From assembly GCA_024635675.1 (NCBI GenBank), contig JAGXIJ010000125.1, positions 1 to 50,261 of the forward strand: DNA of 50,261 nucleotides, given 5' to 3'. The stretch is from Gillisia sp. Its GTDB lineage: Bacteria > Bacteroidota > Bacteroidia > Flavobacteriales > Flavobacteriaceae. Within the stretch, counting starts at the first letter, position 1. Each line of letters begins with the position of its first letter. The position numbers were made by a program, and so were the translations under genes. Below are positions 1 to 9,725 of the stretch, piece by piece. The notes under the pieces are model-generated. The model ran no database searches, had not been told where the DNA came from, and saw only the letters and a program-made list of their open reading frames with translations.

Positions 1-1488
1 ACTTCAACTTCCGATGGAACACTTACTTTAAATTCTGATGGATCTTTTACATATACACCAGATCCTGGATTTTTTGGAGTAGATACATTTACCTATGTGG
101 CAAACGATGGAACCGAAAATTCCAATGTTACTACTGTAACCATTACTGTCAATTCGGTTACTCCACCAAATTCCGCTCCGGTAGCAAATAATGATACTTA
201 TAGCACTAATGAAGATGTAACTTTAACCATTCCTGCACCTGGAGTTTTAACCAATGATACCGATGCAGATGGCGATGCGCTTACTGCTATCATTCAAACT
301 TCAACTTCCGATGGAACACTTACTTTAAATTCAGATGGATCATTTACCTATACTCCAAATGCCGGATTTACAGGAGAAGATACTTTTACCTATATAGCGA
401 ACGATGGTAGTGAAGATTCGAATGTGGCAGAAGTTACGATCACAGTTACACCAATAACCAATACGGCACCCATAAGTAGAGATGATATTTATTCAACTTT
501 GCAGGATGTTTCCCTAACTGTTTCATCTTCCAATGGAGTTCTTAATAATGATTCCGATGGAGAAGGGGATGCGCTCACAGCAGTTCTTGTTTCCAATGTG
601 TCTTCCGGGACATTAACTCTTAATCAGGATGGGTCTTTTGTTTATGTGCCAAACGCAGGATTTTTTGGAAATGATTCTTTTACTTATTCAGCAAATGATG
701 GAAGTCAGAATTCTGAAGTAGCCACGGCAAGGATCGAAGTTGTAGCTGTTTCGGGTAATACGGTTACCTGTAAAGAATCGGTGACTCTGGAATTAAATGA
801 AAATGGGACCGCCTCATTAAATGCTGAAACCTTATTTGTTACCAGACCTGCCGATCTTCAATTTTCTATAGATCAGGAGAATTTTACTTGCGACGATCTC
901 GGAGAAATTATAATTAGCCTTTCTTACTCCAATGCTGCCATTCAAGGGTCTTGTGAAGTGATTGTGATTGTAAAAGATGTTACTCCTCCTACAGTTAATG
1001 TGAAGGATATTACTGTGGCTTTAAATGAATTTCGATCTGCAAGGATTACTCCGGAAATGCTAGACAATGGATCTTCAGATAACTGTGAGAATATAACACT
1101 TAGCTTAGATAAACTGAATTTTAGTTGTAAGGAACTAGGTGAAAACATAGTAACATTTACAGCCACAGATTCAAGCGGAAATTCTTCCAGTGCTACTGCA
1201 ATAGTTACAGTTACCGGAAGCTGTGATTTAGAACCACTCCCCGGAGTAGAATATATATTTATATATCCAAATCCTACAACCGGCCCCTTTCAATTTACAA
1301 CGCCGGCAGGAGTAACTATCCAACGGGTAGAAGTCTTTGACGCTCGTGGAAGGATGATTATGTTCAAGGAATTTTCAGAAGCAGATCTTCAGTACTCAAT
1401 GGATCTTAATGGAGTGCAAAATGCAGTTTACATCCTAAAATTATTTACTTCGGATGGATTAGATATTAAGAGGGTGATCATTAATTAA
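1..1488 (+). CDS. C-terminal part of a large T9SS-secreted surface protein/adhesin (tandem Big_9/cadherin-like repeats, HYR-like domain, T9SS type A CTD); 5'-truncated by window edge
   Basis: Frame is open from base 1 (TSTSDGTLTLNSDGSFTYTPDPGFFGVDTFTYVANDG), so GTG at 97 is not the real start. About 99-aa repeats 'N.AP.A..D.YST..D..L....GVL.ND.D..GD.LTA...GTLTLN.DGSF.Y.PN.GF.G.D.FTY.ANDG'; 'VKDVTPPTV..KDITV.L...DNGSSDNC'; C-terminal 'IYPNPTTG...KRVIIN'. Confidence 0.9.
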   Translation, partial: TSTSDGTLTLNSDGSFTYTPDPGFFGVDTFTYVANDGTENSNVTTVTITVNSVTPPNSAPVANNDTYSTNEDVTLTIPAPGVLTNDTDADGDALTAIIQTSTSDGTLTLNSDGSFTYTPNAGFTGEDTFTYIANDGSEDSNVAEVTITVTPITNTAPISRDDIYSTLQDVSLTVSSSNGVLNNDSDGEGDALTAVLVSNVSSGTLTLNQDGSFVYVPNAGFFGNDSFTYSANDGSQNSEVATARIEVVAVSGNTVTCKESVTLELNENGTASLNAETLFVTRPADLQFSIDQENFTCDDLGEIIISLSYSNAAIQGSCEVIVIVKDVTPPTVNVKDITVALNEFRSARITPEMLDNGSSDNCENITLSLDKLNFSCKELGENIVTFTATDSSGNSSSATAIVTVTGSCDLEPLPGVEYIFIYPNPTTGPFQFTTPAGVTIQRVEVFDARGRMIMFKEFSEADLQYSMDLNGVQNAVYILKLFTSDGLDIKRVIIN

Positions 1489-1533
1489 AACTTCCCTTTT
1501 TGGAATGTGAAGAGAGTAAAACTATTTGAAGGT

Positions 1534-2454
1534 CTAAGTATATTTTTCCTGAATTTCAGTTTTAATAAAAGTTTCAATCTCCGAAAAAGGTGTTTTGTAA
1601 TTGAACCAAGTGGTTTCTTCATTTTTCCGGAACCAGGTTAGTTGTCTTTTAGCGTACCTACGGGTATTCATCTTAATTTTTTCTACCGCTGTTTCAAGAT
1701 TTATTCTCCCTTCAAAAAAAGAAAATAACTCTTTATAACCTACCGTATTTAATGCATTAAGCCTTCGTTTTGGATATAGAGCTTGTGCTTCTTCCAATAA
1801 ACCTTCGTCCATCATGTTATCCACTCTAAGATTTATTCGCTCGTAAATTTCCTCGCGAGGGGCAGTAAGACCAATGGAAATTGTTTTAAAATTCCTCACA
1901 GGCTTGGGCTGATTTAAAAACGAAGAGAAGGTTTTTCCTGAACCAATACACACTTCTAAAGCCCGAATAACACGATGCGGATTATCTTGATCTATTTTAT
2001 TGTAATATTCCGGGTCCAATTTCTTTAATTCTGCCTTTAATGGCTCCAGACCTTCATTTTCGAGCCGTTCATTCAACTGTTCTCTTATTTCCTGGTCTAG
2101 CTCAGGGAAATTGTCTAATCCTTCAATTAAACTTTTAATATAAAGTCCGCTACCACCTACCAAAATAATGATATCATGTTCCTTAAAAAGTTCATCTAAT
2201 TTTTCTATCGCCTCTCTTTCAAAATCTCCAACAGAGTAATCGTCCTCTATACCTCTATGATGGATAAAATGATGAGGAGCTGCAGCTAATTCTTCTAAAC
2301 TTGGAGCAGCTGTGCCTATAGGGATTTCCTTATAGAATTGTCTGGAATCTGCAGATAAGATCTCGGTATTAAATTTTTGAGCAAGTTTAATACTCAAAGC
2401 CGTTTTTCCAATAGCGGTTGGTCCTACTATACTAATTAGAAGCTTAGTTTTCAT
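1534..2454 (-). CDS. miaA: tRNA dimethylallyltransferase
   Basis: GPTAIGKT P-loop, SADSRQFYK, VGGSGLY, R.IRALEV, TRRYAKRQLTWF. Confidence 0.97.
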   Translation of the reverse strand: MKTKLLISIVGPTAIGKTALSIKLAQKFNTEILSADSRQFYKEIPIGTAAPSLEELAAAPHHFIHHRGIEDDYSVGDFEREAIEKLDELFKEHDIIILVGGSGLYIKSLIEGLDNFPELDQEIREQLNERLENEGLEPLKAELKKLDPEYYNKIDQDNPHRVIRALEVCIGSGKTFSSFLNQPKPVRNFKTISIGLTAPREEIYERINLRVDNMMDEGLLEEAQALYPKRRLNALNTVGYKELFSFFEGRINLETAVEKIKMNTRRYAKRQLTWFRKNEETTWFNYKTPFSEIETFIKTEIQEKYT

Positions 2455-3286
2455 TTAAATTTTTACCGCAAGTATGACAAAATTCAGAAGTTATTTTGTG
2501 ATCTGGAGCTTTACAATTAGGGCATAAAAAAGGTTTATTTAGATCTGGTTTGTTCATGTCCCTAGCGATCTCTGAACCTACAATTCCTGTAGGCACTGCA
2601 ATTACGCCATATCCCACAATCATAATAAATGATGCGATTATACGCCCCAAAGGAGTAACTGGATGAATATCTCCAAAACCCACCGTAGTAAGAGTAACAA
2701 TACTCCAATAAATACTCAGCGGAATATTTGTAAAACCATTTTCCGGCCCTTCCACCAAATACATTATCGTGCCCGTGATTATACAAACTATCAAAACCGC
2801 AAAAAGAAAAATACTAATTTTAGCTCGACTATTTTTTAAGGCATTTATTAGTTTTTGAGATTCCCCCATATATCTGGTAACTTTCAAAATTCTAAAAACT
2901 CTGAGTAGCCTTAATGCTCTAATTGCAAGGAACATATTAGATCCTCCTACAAAAAAGATAATATAAGTTGGGATTGTAGAAAGTAAATCTATCAAGCCAT
3001 AAAAACTAAAAATGTATTTTCGGGGCTTATCTATTGTTATAACTCGTAATATATACTCTACACTAAAAAAGAAGGTAATAATCCACTCTGCAATATGAAA
3101 TTCATCGTAGTATTTAATGTATAAACTAGCAATGCTCTCCAGCATTATTAGCACGATGCTTAATATTATTAAAACCAATAAGCCTATATCAAACATTTTC
3201 CCCAATGGAGTGTCGGCTCCATAAATAACGTGATAAAGCTTAATTTTCCACGGCGCGTGGTCCTTACTGAAGGCTGGTTTTTCCAA
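2444..3286 (-). CDS. Voltage-gated potassium channel (ion transporter) with C-terminal Zn-ribbon
   Basis: S4 segment RALRLLRVFRILK, filter TLTTVGFGD, C-terminal CPNC...CHTC. TTG start; overlaps miaA by 11 bp. Confidence 0.9.
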   Translation of the reverse strand: MEKPAFSKDHAPWKIKLYHVIYGADTPLGKMFDIGLLVLIILSIVLIMLESIASLYIKYYDEFHIAEWIITFFFSVEYILRVITIDKPRKYIFSFYGLIDLLSTIPTYIIFFVGGSNMFLAIRALRLLRVFRILKVTRYMGESQKLINALKNSRAKISIFLFAVLIVCIITGTIMYLVEGPENGFTNIPLSIYWSIVTLTTVGFGDIHPVTPLGRIIASFIMIVGYGVIAVPTGIVGSEIARDMNKPDLNKPFLCPNCKAPDHKITSEFCHTCGKNLNEN

Positions 3287-3385
3287 AAAGTTGAGGTTTA
3301 ATAAGCGTTAAAGTTAGCCATTTTCTTTAATTAAAAACAAAATTCTATAATTGATAATTCCCTGATAGCTGAAGGGGATTAAAAA

Positions 3386-4768
3386 TTATATTTTGGTTTC
3401 CTGAACTGCGAATTGGATAATCTTTAATTTATTATTTTTTCTTAGGTAACTCTGGATTATATGTCGAGCATCTTTATCATTAGCCATGGGAGTAATAACG
3501 GAACGCACAATATCCAAATTATTCATTTGATGGTTTAAATTGAAAAATCCTATTCCCTTAAATTCTCCTTCCTCTACCAATAATGCACTTTTTTCGTCTA
3601 TTTCACGGCCTCTATCTATTACCAGCATGTTTTGGTTCTGGAAACTATGTAGTTCTATTACCTCCGTTATTCTGGAATTATATTCCTCCGGAGTTTCCAC
3701 TTTTATACAGGCTCCTTTACAAGATTTTATGGTGTAGCTGAAGCAATTTTCATCACCTTTATGCAACCCTGTGAGCCGTTGACATAATTGATGTTTTTCT
3801 ACAATGTTGTGTAAAACAGATTTGGCTTGCTGCAAATTGGTAAAAGTGGTAATGTTCTGTTTGCGAGCATCAGATCTACTTATCTTTAGATTTATATAAC
3901 CGTTCTCATCTATAAACTGATATAAAGCATAACTAAAATTAGACTTTTTTAGAGCTCTATTATATTTCGGTTTATTTTGCTTGATCTCTTCATTTTCCTT
4001 CAGAAGAGCTATTAACTCATTTCCTGTAGCTTCAAAACTTACCGATGCTACTTCTCTCTGAACTTCTTTAGCTTTTATATTATCGTTGGTAAAATGCTGA
4101 TTAATGCGTTTTCTTATATTCTTGCTTATTCCAATATATATAATCTCACCTTCGTCATCATGAAGGTAATAAACCCCTGTGATCGATGGTAATTCATCTA
4201 TTATTTGAATGAGCTTTGTATCTATTTGGCGGGAAGGTTCATTTCTAACGGAGGCTTTAAGGATCACTTTTTCCAGATCTTTTGCCATTAGCATTTTAAA
4301 CAACTTTACAGTTGCCTGCGCATCTCCATTTGCCCTGTGCCTGTCGCTTAAAGGAATACCTAATGCCTTTACTAATTTTCCTAAACTATAAGAAGTTTGT
4401 CCCGGAATGAGCTTTTTGGATAGTTCTACCGTACAAAGGGTTTTTCGTTCAAAATCGAAACCAAGTCGGCGAAATTCCAACCTTAGAATTCGGTGATCGA
4501 ATTTGGAATTATGTGCTACTATTATACAACCTGTAGTAATCTCAACAATTCTTTTTGCTACTTCGAAAAATTTTGGAGCGTTGCGAAGCATATCATTATT
4601 GATACCCGTAAGTCTCACCACAAAGGGTTGAATGGGTTGTTCCGGATTAACAAGACTTATAAATTGATCTACTACTTTTATGCCATCAAACTTATAAATG
4701 GCTATTTCTGTAATTCCCTCTTCATTATACTTACCCCCAGTGGTCTCTATGTCTAATATTGCGTACAA
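3386..4768 (-). CDS. DEDDh 3'-5' exonuclease (DNA pol III epsilon-like) fused to UvrC-type GIY-YIG domain
   Basis: ExoI DIETTG, VAHN..FD, HRA.GDA; GVYYLHD..GEIIYIG.SKNIRKRI.QHF. Confidence 0.92.
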   Translation of the reverse strand: MYAILDIETTGGKYNEEGITEIAIYKFDGIKVVDQFISLVNPEQPIQPFVVRLTGINNDMLRNAPKFFEVAKRIVEITTGCIIVAHNSKFDHRILRLEFRRLGFDFERKTLCTVELSKKLIPGQTSYSLGKLVKALGIPLSDRHRANGDAQATVKLFKMLMAKDLEKVILKASVRNEPSRQIDTKLIQIIDELPSITGVYYLHDDEGEIIYIGISKNIRKRINQHFTNDNIKAKEVQREVASVSFEATGNELIALLKENEEIKQNKPKYNRALKKSNFSYALYQFIDENGYINLKISRSDARKQNITTFTNLQQAKSVLHNIVEKHQLCQRLTGLHKGDENCFSYTIKSCKGACIKVETPEEYNSRITEVIELHSFQNQNMLVIDRGREIDEKSALLVEEGEFKGIGFFNLNHQMNNLDIVRSVITPMANDKDARHIIQSYLRKNNKLKIIQFAVQETKI

Positions 4769-4782
4769 AAATTCTTTTCTTC

Positions 4783-5442
4783 TTAATTATAATTTCGTTC
4801 TCCAAATATAGCACTTCCTATTCGTACCATATTACTTCCACACGTTAAAGCTATTTTATAATCTCCACTCATTCCCATAGAAAGCACTTCGAATTCTGGA
4901 TGGCCTTTTTTAAGATCGTCGTAAACAGATTTTAAATAATCGAATTCTCCTTTAACTTTAGCTTCATCGTCAGAATATGTAGCCATTCCCATTAACCCTT
5001 TAACTTGAATATGCTTCAAACTCTTAAATTCATCTGAAGCTAAGAGCTCCTTTAACTCTTCGGCTTCAACCCCGAATTTAGATTCTTCCTCTGCTATTTT
5101 AACTTGTAATAAGCATGAGATTACTCTCTCGTTCTTCTCAGCTTCCTTATTTATTTCTTTTAATAACTTCAAACTATCTACCGCATGAATTAAACTCACA
5201 AAGGGTGCCATGTATTTTACCTTATTTCGTTGTACATGACCAACCATATGCCATTGAATATCTTTTGGAAGAGCTTCCCATTTCTCTGTCATTTCCTGGA
5301 TCTTGTTCTCTCCAAATACACGTTGTCCTACCTCATATGCTTCCATAAGGTCACTCGCAGGTTTTGTTTTTGAAATTGCAACCAGGGTTACATTTTCTCC
5401 AAGCTCCTTCTTATATCTCTTTATGCTTTCAGAAATTTCCAT
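4783..5442 (-). CDS. yggS: YggS family PLP-homeostasis protein
   Basis: LVAISKTKP, FGENKIQE, WHMVGHVQRNK, LSMGMSGDY, VRIGSAIFG. Confidence 0.96.
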   Translation of the reverse strand: MEISESIKRYKKELGENVTLVAISKTKPASDLMEAYEVGQRVFGENKIQEMTEKWEALPKDIQWHMVGHVQRNKVKYMAPFVSLIHAVDSLKLLKEINKEAEKNERVISCLLQVKIAEEESKFGVEAEELKELLASDEFKSLKHIQVKGLMGMATYSDDEAKVKGEFDYLKSVYDDLKKGHPEFEVLSMGMSGDYKIALTCGSNMVRIGSAIFGERNYN

Positions 5443-5485
5443 TCTCTAATTTAATTAATTAATAATGGGCACAGATTTAATTCGT

Positions 5486-6721
5486 CTAAAATTCGTAAAT
5501 CGTTAGGCCACTTCTTAATTTTGGTTCTATATAGGTGCTTTTTGGAGGCATTGTTAAGCCTTCATCTGCAACCTTTTTAATCTCATCGATGATAAGAGGT
5601 AACATTCCAAAACCCACCGTAAAATTGCCGCTATCTACCTGAGACTTAATCTCTATCAAATCGTTTCTTCCATGTATGTATGCAATCCTATCATCATTTC
5701 TTAGATCCTGAATATTCAAAATAGGCTTCAATACTTTTTGATATAGGATATAAGTGTCTAAACTACTAAGAGAATCTTTGAATTCGTAATTGGTTTTCCG
5801 TAAGTATAAAGAATAGAATTCTCCATCTAAATACATATTAAAATGATGCTTTTTGTTAGGTGCATACACTTCCAGACCACGTCTTTCTATTCTAAACCAA
5901 AGATCCAATTGCATTAAAAACTCCTCTTTGCTTAAACCATTAAGGTCTTTTATTAATCTACTGAATTCGTATATCTGAAGTTTACTTTCAGAAATAAGAA
6001 AGCTCATAAAATAATTATAAGGCTCGTCTCCCCGATGATTTGGATTTGCTTCTTTAGATTCCTTAGCAAGTAAAAATGAAGAGGCACACCTATGGTGCCC
6101 ATCGGCAATATAAAGTGAAGGCATAGCCTCGAATTCAGATTTTATTTGATCTATAACAGCTGGTTCTTCAATCTTCCACAAAAAATGTGTTTCCTTATTG
6201 TAAGTGGAAAACTCATATTCGGGTTTTTCCTTCATCACATTTGTCATAAGATTATCAATAACTTCGGAATCTGGATAGGTGAGGAGTACCGGCTCTGTAT
6301 TAAACCCTACTATTTTTAGATAATCCTTGAAAAGGTTTTCACGGTAGGCTAAAGTGTCTTCGTGCCTTTTTATTACATTGTTCTCATAATCTTGGACACT
6401 CGCTGCAGCAATAATCCCACAGAACATATTGGTTCTTGTAACTATCTTATAGAAGTAATAACAAGGAGTTTTATCCTGAATAAAAATCTCTTCCTCTTTA
6501 AATTCCAGGTATCTATTCTTTACCAGTTGAAACCTTTTCGCTCCGGTTATTTCATGCTGAAATTTATAGCCGGGATTTATAATGTGTAAAAATGAAAAAG
6601 GGTTGTATTCCAGCTGCGCTTTTATTTCCCCTTCGCTATAATCTTCGTAAGGTCTGGAGGCAACCATCCCTGCCTTATCCTTGGTGGGTCTTACTGCTTT
6701 GAAAGGAACTATTTTTGCCAA
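5486..6721 (-). CDS. DUF1015 family protein
   Basis: MAKIVPFKAVRP start, IKRHE.TL, YIADGHHR, MPPKSTYIEPKLRSGL. Confidence 0.92.
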   Translation of the reverse strand: MAKIVPFKAVRPTKDKAGMVASRPYEDYSEGEIKAQLEYNPFSFLHIINPGYKFQHEITGAKRFQLVKNRYLEFKEEEIFIQDKTPCYYFYKIVTRTNMFCGIIAAASVQDYENNVIKRHEDTLAYRENLFKDYLKIVGFNTEPVLLTYPDSEVIDNLMTNVMKEKPEYEFSTYNKETHFLWKIEEPAVIDQIKSEFEAMPSLYIADGHHRCASSFLLAKESKEANPNHRGDEPYNYFMSFLISESKLQIYEFSRLIKDLNGLSKEEFLMQLDLWFRIERRGLEVYAPNKKHHFNMYLDGEFYSLYLRKTNYEFKDSLSSLDTYILYQKVLKPILNIQDLRNDDRIAYIHGRNDLIEIKSQVDSGNFTVGFGMLPLIIDEIKKVADEGLTMPPKSTYIEPKLRSGLTIYEF

Positions 6722-6791
6722 TGAATTTTTGTTTCAGAATTAAAGTGAATTGTATTTAGAAATAGCCCTAAGACCTTACTCAGTAAAGATT

Positions 6792-7679
6792 TTAACTGAA
6801 TTGTTCTGAAACTTTTTCAGCTCTTCTGTTTTCTGAATAATCATAAAAGCCTTCCCCAGATTTCACTCCAAGTTTCCCTGCCCGTACCATATTGGTTAAT
6901 AAAGGACAGGCTGCATATTTAGGGTTTTTGAAGCCTTTGTACATCACCTCAAGTATAGAATGACAAACATCTAGACCAATAAAATCTGCTAATTGCAATG
7001 GGCCCATTGGGTGAGCCATTCCTAGTTTCATTACTGTGTCTATTTCGTAAACTCCTGCAACTCCGTTGTAAAGTGTTTCTATAGCCTCATTAATCATTGG
7101 CATAAGAATTCTATTTGCTACAAATCCTGGATAATCATTTACTTCCACAGGAATTTTACCAAGTTTCTCAGAAAGATCCATTATGGTTTTGGTCACCTTA
7201 TCACTGGTATTATATCCTCTAATGATCTCTACCAATTTCATAACAGGAACAGGATTCATAAAATGCATTCCGATCACCCGAGATGGATTAGAGATCTTAG
7301 ACGCGATTTGTGTGATGGATATGGAGGAAGTGTTAGTAGCAAGTATAGTGTCTTCATCACAATTAGAATCTAATTGTTCAAAAATTTTAAGTTTTAGATC
7401 CTCATTTTCTGTCGCAGCTTCTACAACTAAAGAAGCATTTTTTACACCAGAAGGGATATCTATAAATGTCTTGATGTTCTTTAAAGTCGAAACCTTATCT
7501 GCCTCAGTGATTTTTTCTTTGGCAACCATTCTGTCCAGATTCTTAGAGATGGTATCTACACCTTTTTGGAGACTTTCTTTAGAGATGTCTATTAAATTTA
7601 CTTTGAATCCGCTTTGGGCAAAGGTATGGGCAATTCCATTCCCCATAGTTCCTGCTCCTATAACTGCTATATTTTTCAT
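6792..7679 (-). CDS. hbd: 3-hydroxybutyryl-CoA (3-hydroxyacyl-CoA) dehydrogenase
   Basis: GAGTMG.GIA, VEAATE, ATNTSS, GMHFMNP, PGFVANR, HPMGPL.LAD.IGLD. Confidence 0.93.
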   Translation of the reverse strand: MKNIAVIGAGTMGNGIAHTFAQSGFKVNLIDISKESLQKGVDTISKNLDRMVAKEKITEADKVSTLKNIKTFIDIPSGVKNASLVVEAATENEDLKLKIFEQLDSNCDEDTILATNTSSISITQIASKISNPSRVIGMHFMNPVPVMKLVEIIRGYNTSDKVTKTIMDLSEKLGKIPVEVNDYPGFVANRILMPMINEAIETLYNGVAGVYEIDTVMKLGMAHPMGPLQLADFIGLDVCHSILEVMYKGFKNPKYAACPLLTNMVRAGKLGVKSGEGFYDYSENRRAEKVSEQFS

Positions 7680-7752
7680 TTTATATTGTTTAATCGGGAT
7701 TGGTATGTGCTAGCCAATTCCATTAATGATTTATTTTTTGATCTTAAAACTT

Positions 7753-8718
7753 CTATTTTCCAAAACTTTCAATTACCATATTAGCAACCTTTAATGCTTC
7801 AGCCCCTTGCTCTAAATTCACCACTGGTTCTGTGTTATTATTTATTGCTTGCGCAAAAGATTCCAACTCATCTAAAATAGCATTATTAACATCTATTTTT
7901 GGATTCTCGAAATAGATCTGTTTTTTTACACCTTCAGCATTCTGAAGGATCATGGCAAAATCATCAGGATCTTTGGGAGCATCCTTCATTTTTACTACCT
8001 CACATTTACGCTCAAGAAAGTCTACAGATATATAGGCGTCACGTTGGAAGAAACGTGCTTTTCTCATATTTTTAAGGGAAATACGACTGGCGGTTAAGTT
8101 GGCAACACACCCATTTTCAAACTGAATTCTGGCATTTGCGATATCCGGTGTTTCACTAATAACAGAAACCCCACTGGCAGAAACATTTTTCACTTTAGAT
8201 TTCACCACACTCAGGATCACATCTATATCATGGATCATTAAGTCTAAAACCACAGGAACATCTGTCCCCCGAGGATTGAACTCTGCTAATCTATGAGCTT
8301 CAATAAACATTGGTTGTCCAATTTTATCTTTAACAGCCGTAAATGCAGGATTAAAACGTTCTACATGCCCAACCTGACCTTTAACCTGGTGTTTTTTGGC
8401 TAATCTTATCAGCTCTTCAGCCTCTTTGTAGGTAGAGGTGATCGGTTTTTCTATAAATAGGTGTTTTCCGGCAGTGATTGCTTTTTTAGCGGTCTCGAAA
8501 TGGGTAATTGTAGGAGTTACTACATCTATAACATCTACTGCCTCTATTAAGGCTTCAGCTGATTCAAAACTTTTATACCCAAATTCATCCTCTATCTCTT
8601 TGGCTCTTTGGGTATCTCCGTCGTAAAATCCTATTAATTCATATTCCGAAGATTGTTGGAGCAGTTTTAAATGGATCTTTCCCAAATGTCCTGCACCAAA
8701 TACACCAGCTTTTAGCAT
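7753..8718 (-). CDS. Gfo/Idh/MocA oxidoreductase, GnnA-like (UDP-GlcNAc 3-dehydrogenase)
   Basis: GAGHLG, EKP, GHVERFNP, R..DVPVVLDLMIHDID, ANLTASRIS. Family is certain; GnnA function is inferred. Confidence 0.85.
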   Translation of the reverse strand: MLKAGVFGAGHLGKIHLKLLQQSSEYELIGFYDGDTQRAKEIEDEFGYKSFESAEALIEAVDVIDVVTPTITHFETAKKAITAGKHLFIEKPITSTYKEAEELIRLAKKHQVKGQVGHVERFNPAFTAVKDKIGQPMFIEAHRLAEFNPRGTDVPVVLDLMIHDIDVILSVVKSKVKNVSASGVSVISETPDIANARIQFENGCVANLTASRISLKNMRKARFFQRDAYISVDFLERKCEVVKMKDAPKDPDDFAMILQNAEGVKKQIYFENPKIDVNNAILDELESFAQAINNNTEPVVNLEQGAEALKVANMVIESFGK

Positions 8719-8734
8719 GTTTTTACGTTTTGAA

Positions 8735-8742
8735 CAAAAATA
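8735..8742 (-). promoter_or_regulatory. Bacteroidota sigma70 -7 element (TATTTTTG) for the Gfo-hbd gene run
   Basis: Matches TAnnTTTG 16 nt upstream of ATG 8718. Confidence 0.6.
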
Positions 8743-8874
8743 CCATTTCTTGAGATAAAGCCAATATTATTTGGGTTGTAAATGAATTAGTACAAGCGTT
8801 AAATAATAATTAAAACTTACTTTGAAGGCTAGTGTTAGATTGTTTAATTTTATGCCGTAAAAGGAAGTTAGAAG

Positions 8875-9516
8875 TTGAAGGATACATTTAGACATAAAGG
8901 TAAAAGACAACAATTGGCAGCAATTGTAGAGGCGAAGGGGGTGAAGGATAAAAAGGTTTTGGCCGCGATTAACAAGATCCCAAGACATCTTTTTATGGAT
9001 AGTAGTTTTGAAGATCATGCCTATCAAGACAAAGCATTTCCTATCGCGGCAGATCAAACTATTTCTCAACCTTATACCGTTGCTTTTCAAACCGAATTAT
9101 TGGAAATTAAAAAGGGCGATACAGTCCTGGAAATTGGTACGGGAAGTGGTTATCAAACCGCTGTTTTGTGCGAACTTGGAGCCAAGGTTTACAGTATAGA
9201 ACGCCAACGAGAATTGTACAAGAAAACTAAAGTATTCTTATCTCAAATAGGCTACAGACCCAAATATTTGAGTTTTGGAGATGGTTATAAAGGTCTAAAA
9301 GAATATGCTCCTTACGATAAAATAATCGTTACTGCAGGTGCACCGTTTGTTCCAAACCCCTTGCTTGCCCAACTAAAAGTAGGAGGAAGGCTTGTTATTC
9401 CGGTAGGAGAAAATGTACAGGTAATGACCCTTTTTATTAGAAAATCCAATAAGGAATTCGAGAAAAAGGAATTTGGAGATTTTAGGTTTGTTCCTCTCTT
9501 AGAGGATAAAAATTAA
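8875..9516 (+). CDS. pcm: Protein-L-isoaspartate O-methyltransferase
   Basis: PRHLF, AY.D...PI...QTISQP, VLEIGTGSGYQ, APYDKIIVTAG, FRFVPL. TTG start. Confidence 0.96.
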   Translation: MKDTFRHKGKRQQLAAIVEAKGVKDKKVLAAINKIPRHLFMDSSFEDHAYQDKAFPIAADQTISQPYTVAFQTELLEIKKGDTVLEIGTGSGYQTAVLCELGAKVYSIERQRELYKKTKVFLSQIGYRPKYLSFGDGYKGLKEYAPYDKIIVTAGAPFVPNPLLAQLKVGGRLVIPVGENVQVMTLFIRKSNKEFEKKEFGDFRFVPLLEDKN

Positions 9517-9594
9517 ATCTCTTAATTGAGGGTTTTAATCTCAGAGATTTTTGATTCTTTTACAAGTTTTTATGCCAAGCTAAATCATAATTAT

Positions 9595-9663
9595 CGTCAT
9601 GCTGAACTTGTTTCAGCATCCCAATAACTACAGAGAAGACCCTGAAACAAGTTCAGGGTGACG
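9595..9663. repeat. CGTC-type REP doublet (two inverted 26-bp palindromic units, 17-bp spacer)
   Basis: CGTCATGCTGAACTTGTTTCAGCATC (9595-9620) and reverse complement of 9638-9663 = CGTCACCCTGAACTTGTTTCAGGGTC; each unit is itself a hairpin. Lies between convergent genes. Confidence 0.85.
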
Positions 9664-9725
9664 GAATGAGATAGTAAAGTATTTTCTGGGTAAAAAATGG
9701 TTTTATATAAAAATCTAAAACTTAC

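Noticed and set aside
3386-4768. Exonuclease-GIY-YIG fusion as a defence system or REP mobiliser
   Set aside because: Common Bacteroidota housekeeping architecture in a core gene run, with no flanking repeats.
9595-9663. CRISPR array
   Set aside because: Only two inverted units, no repeat-spacer series and no cas genes.
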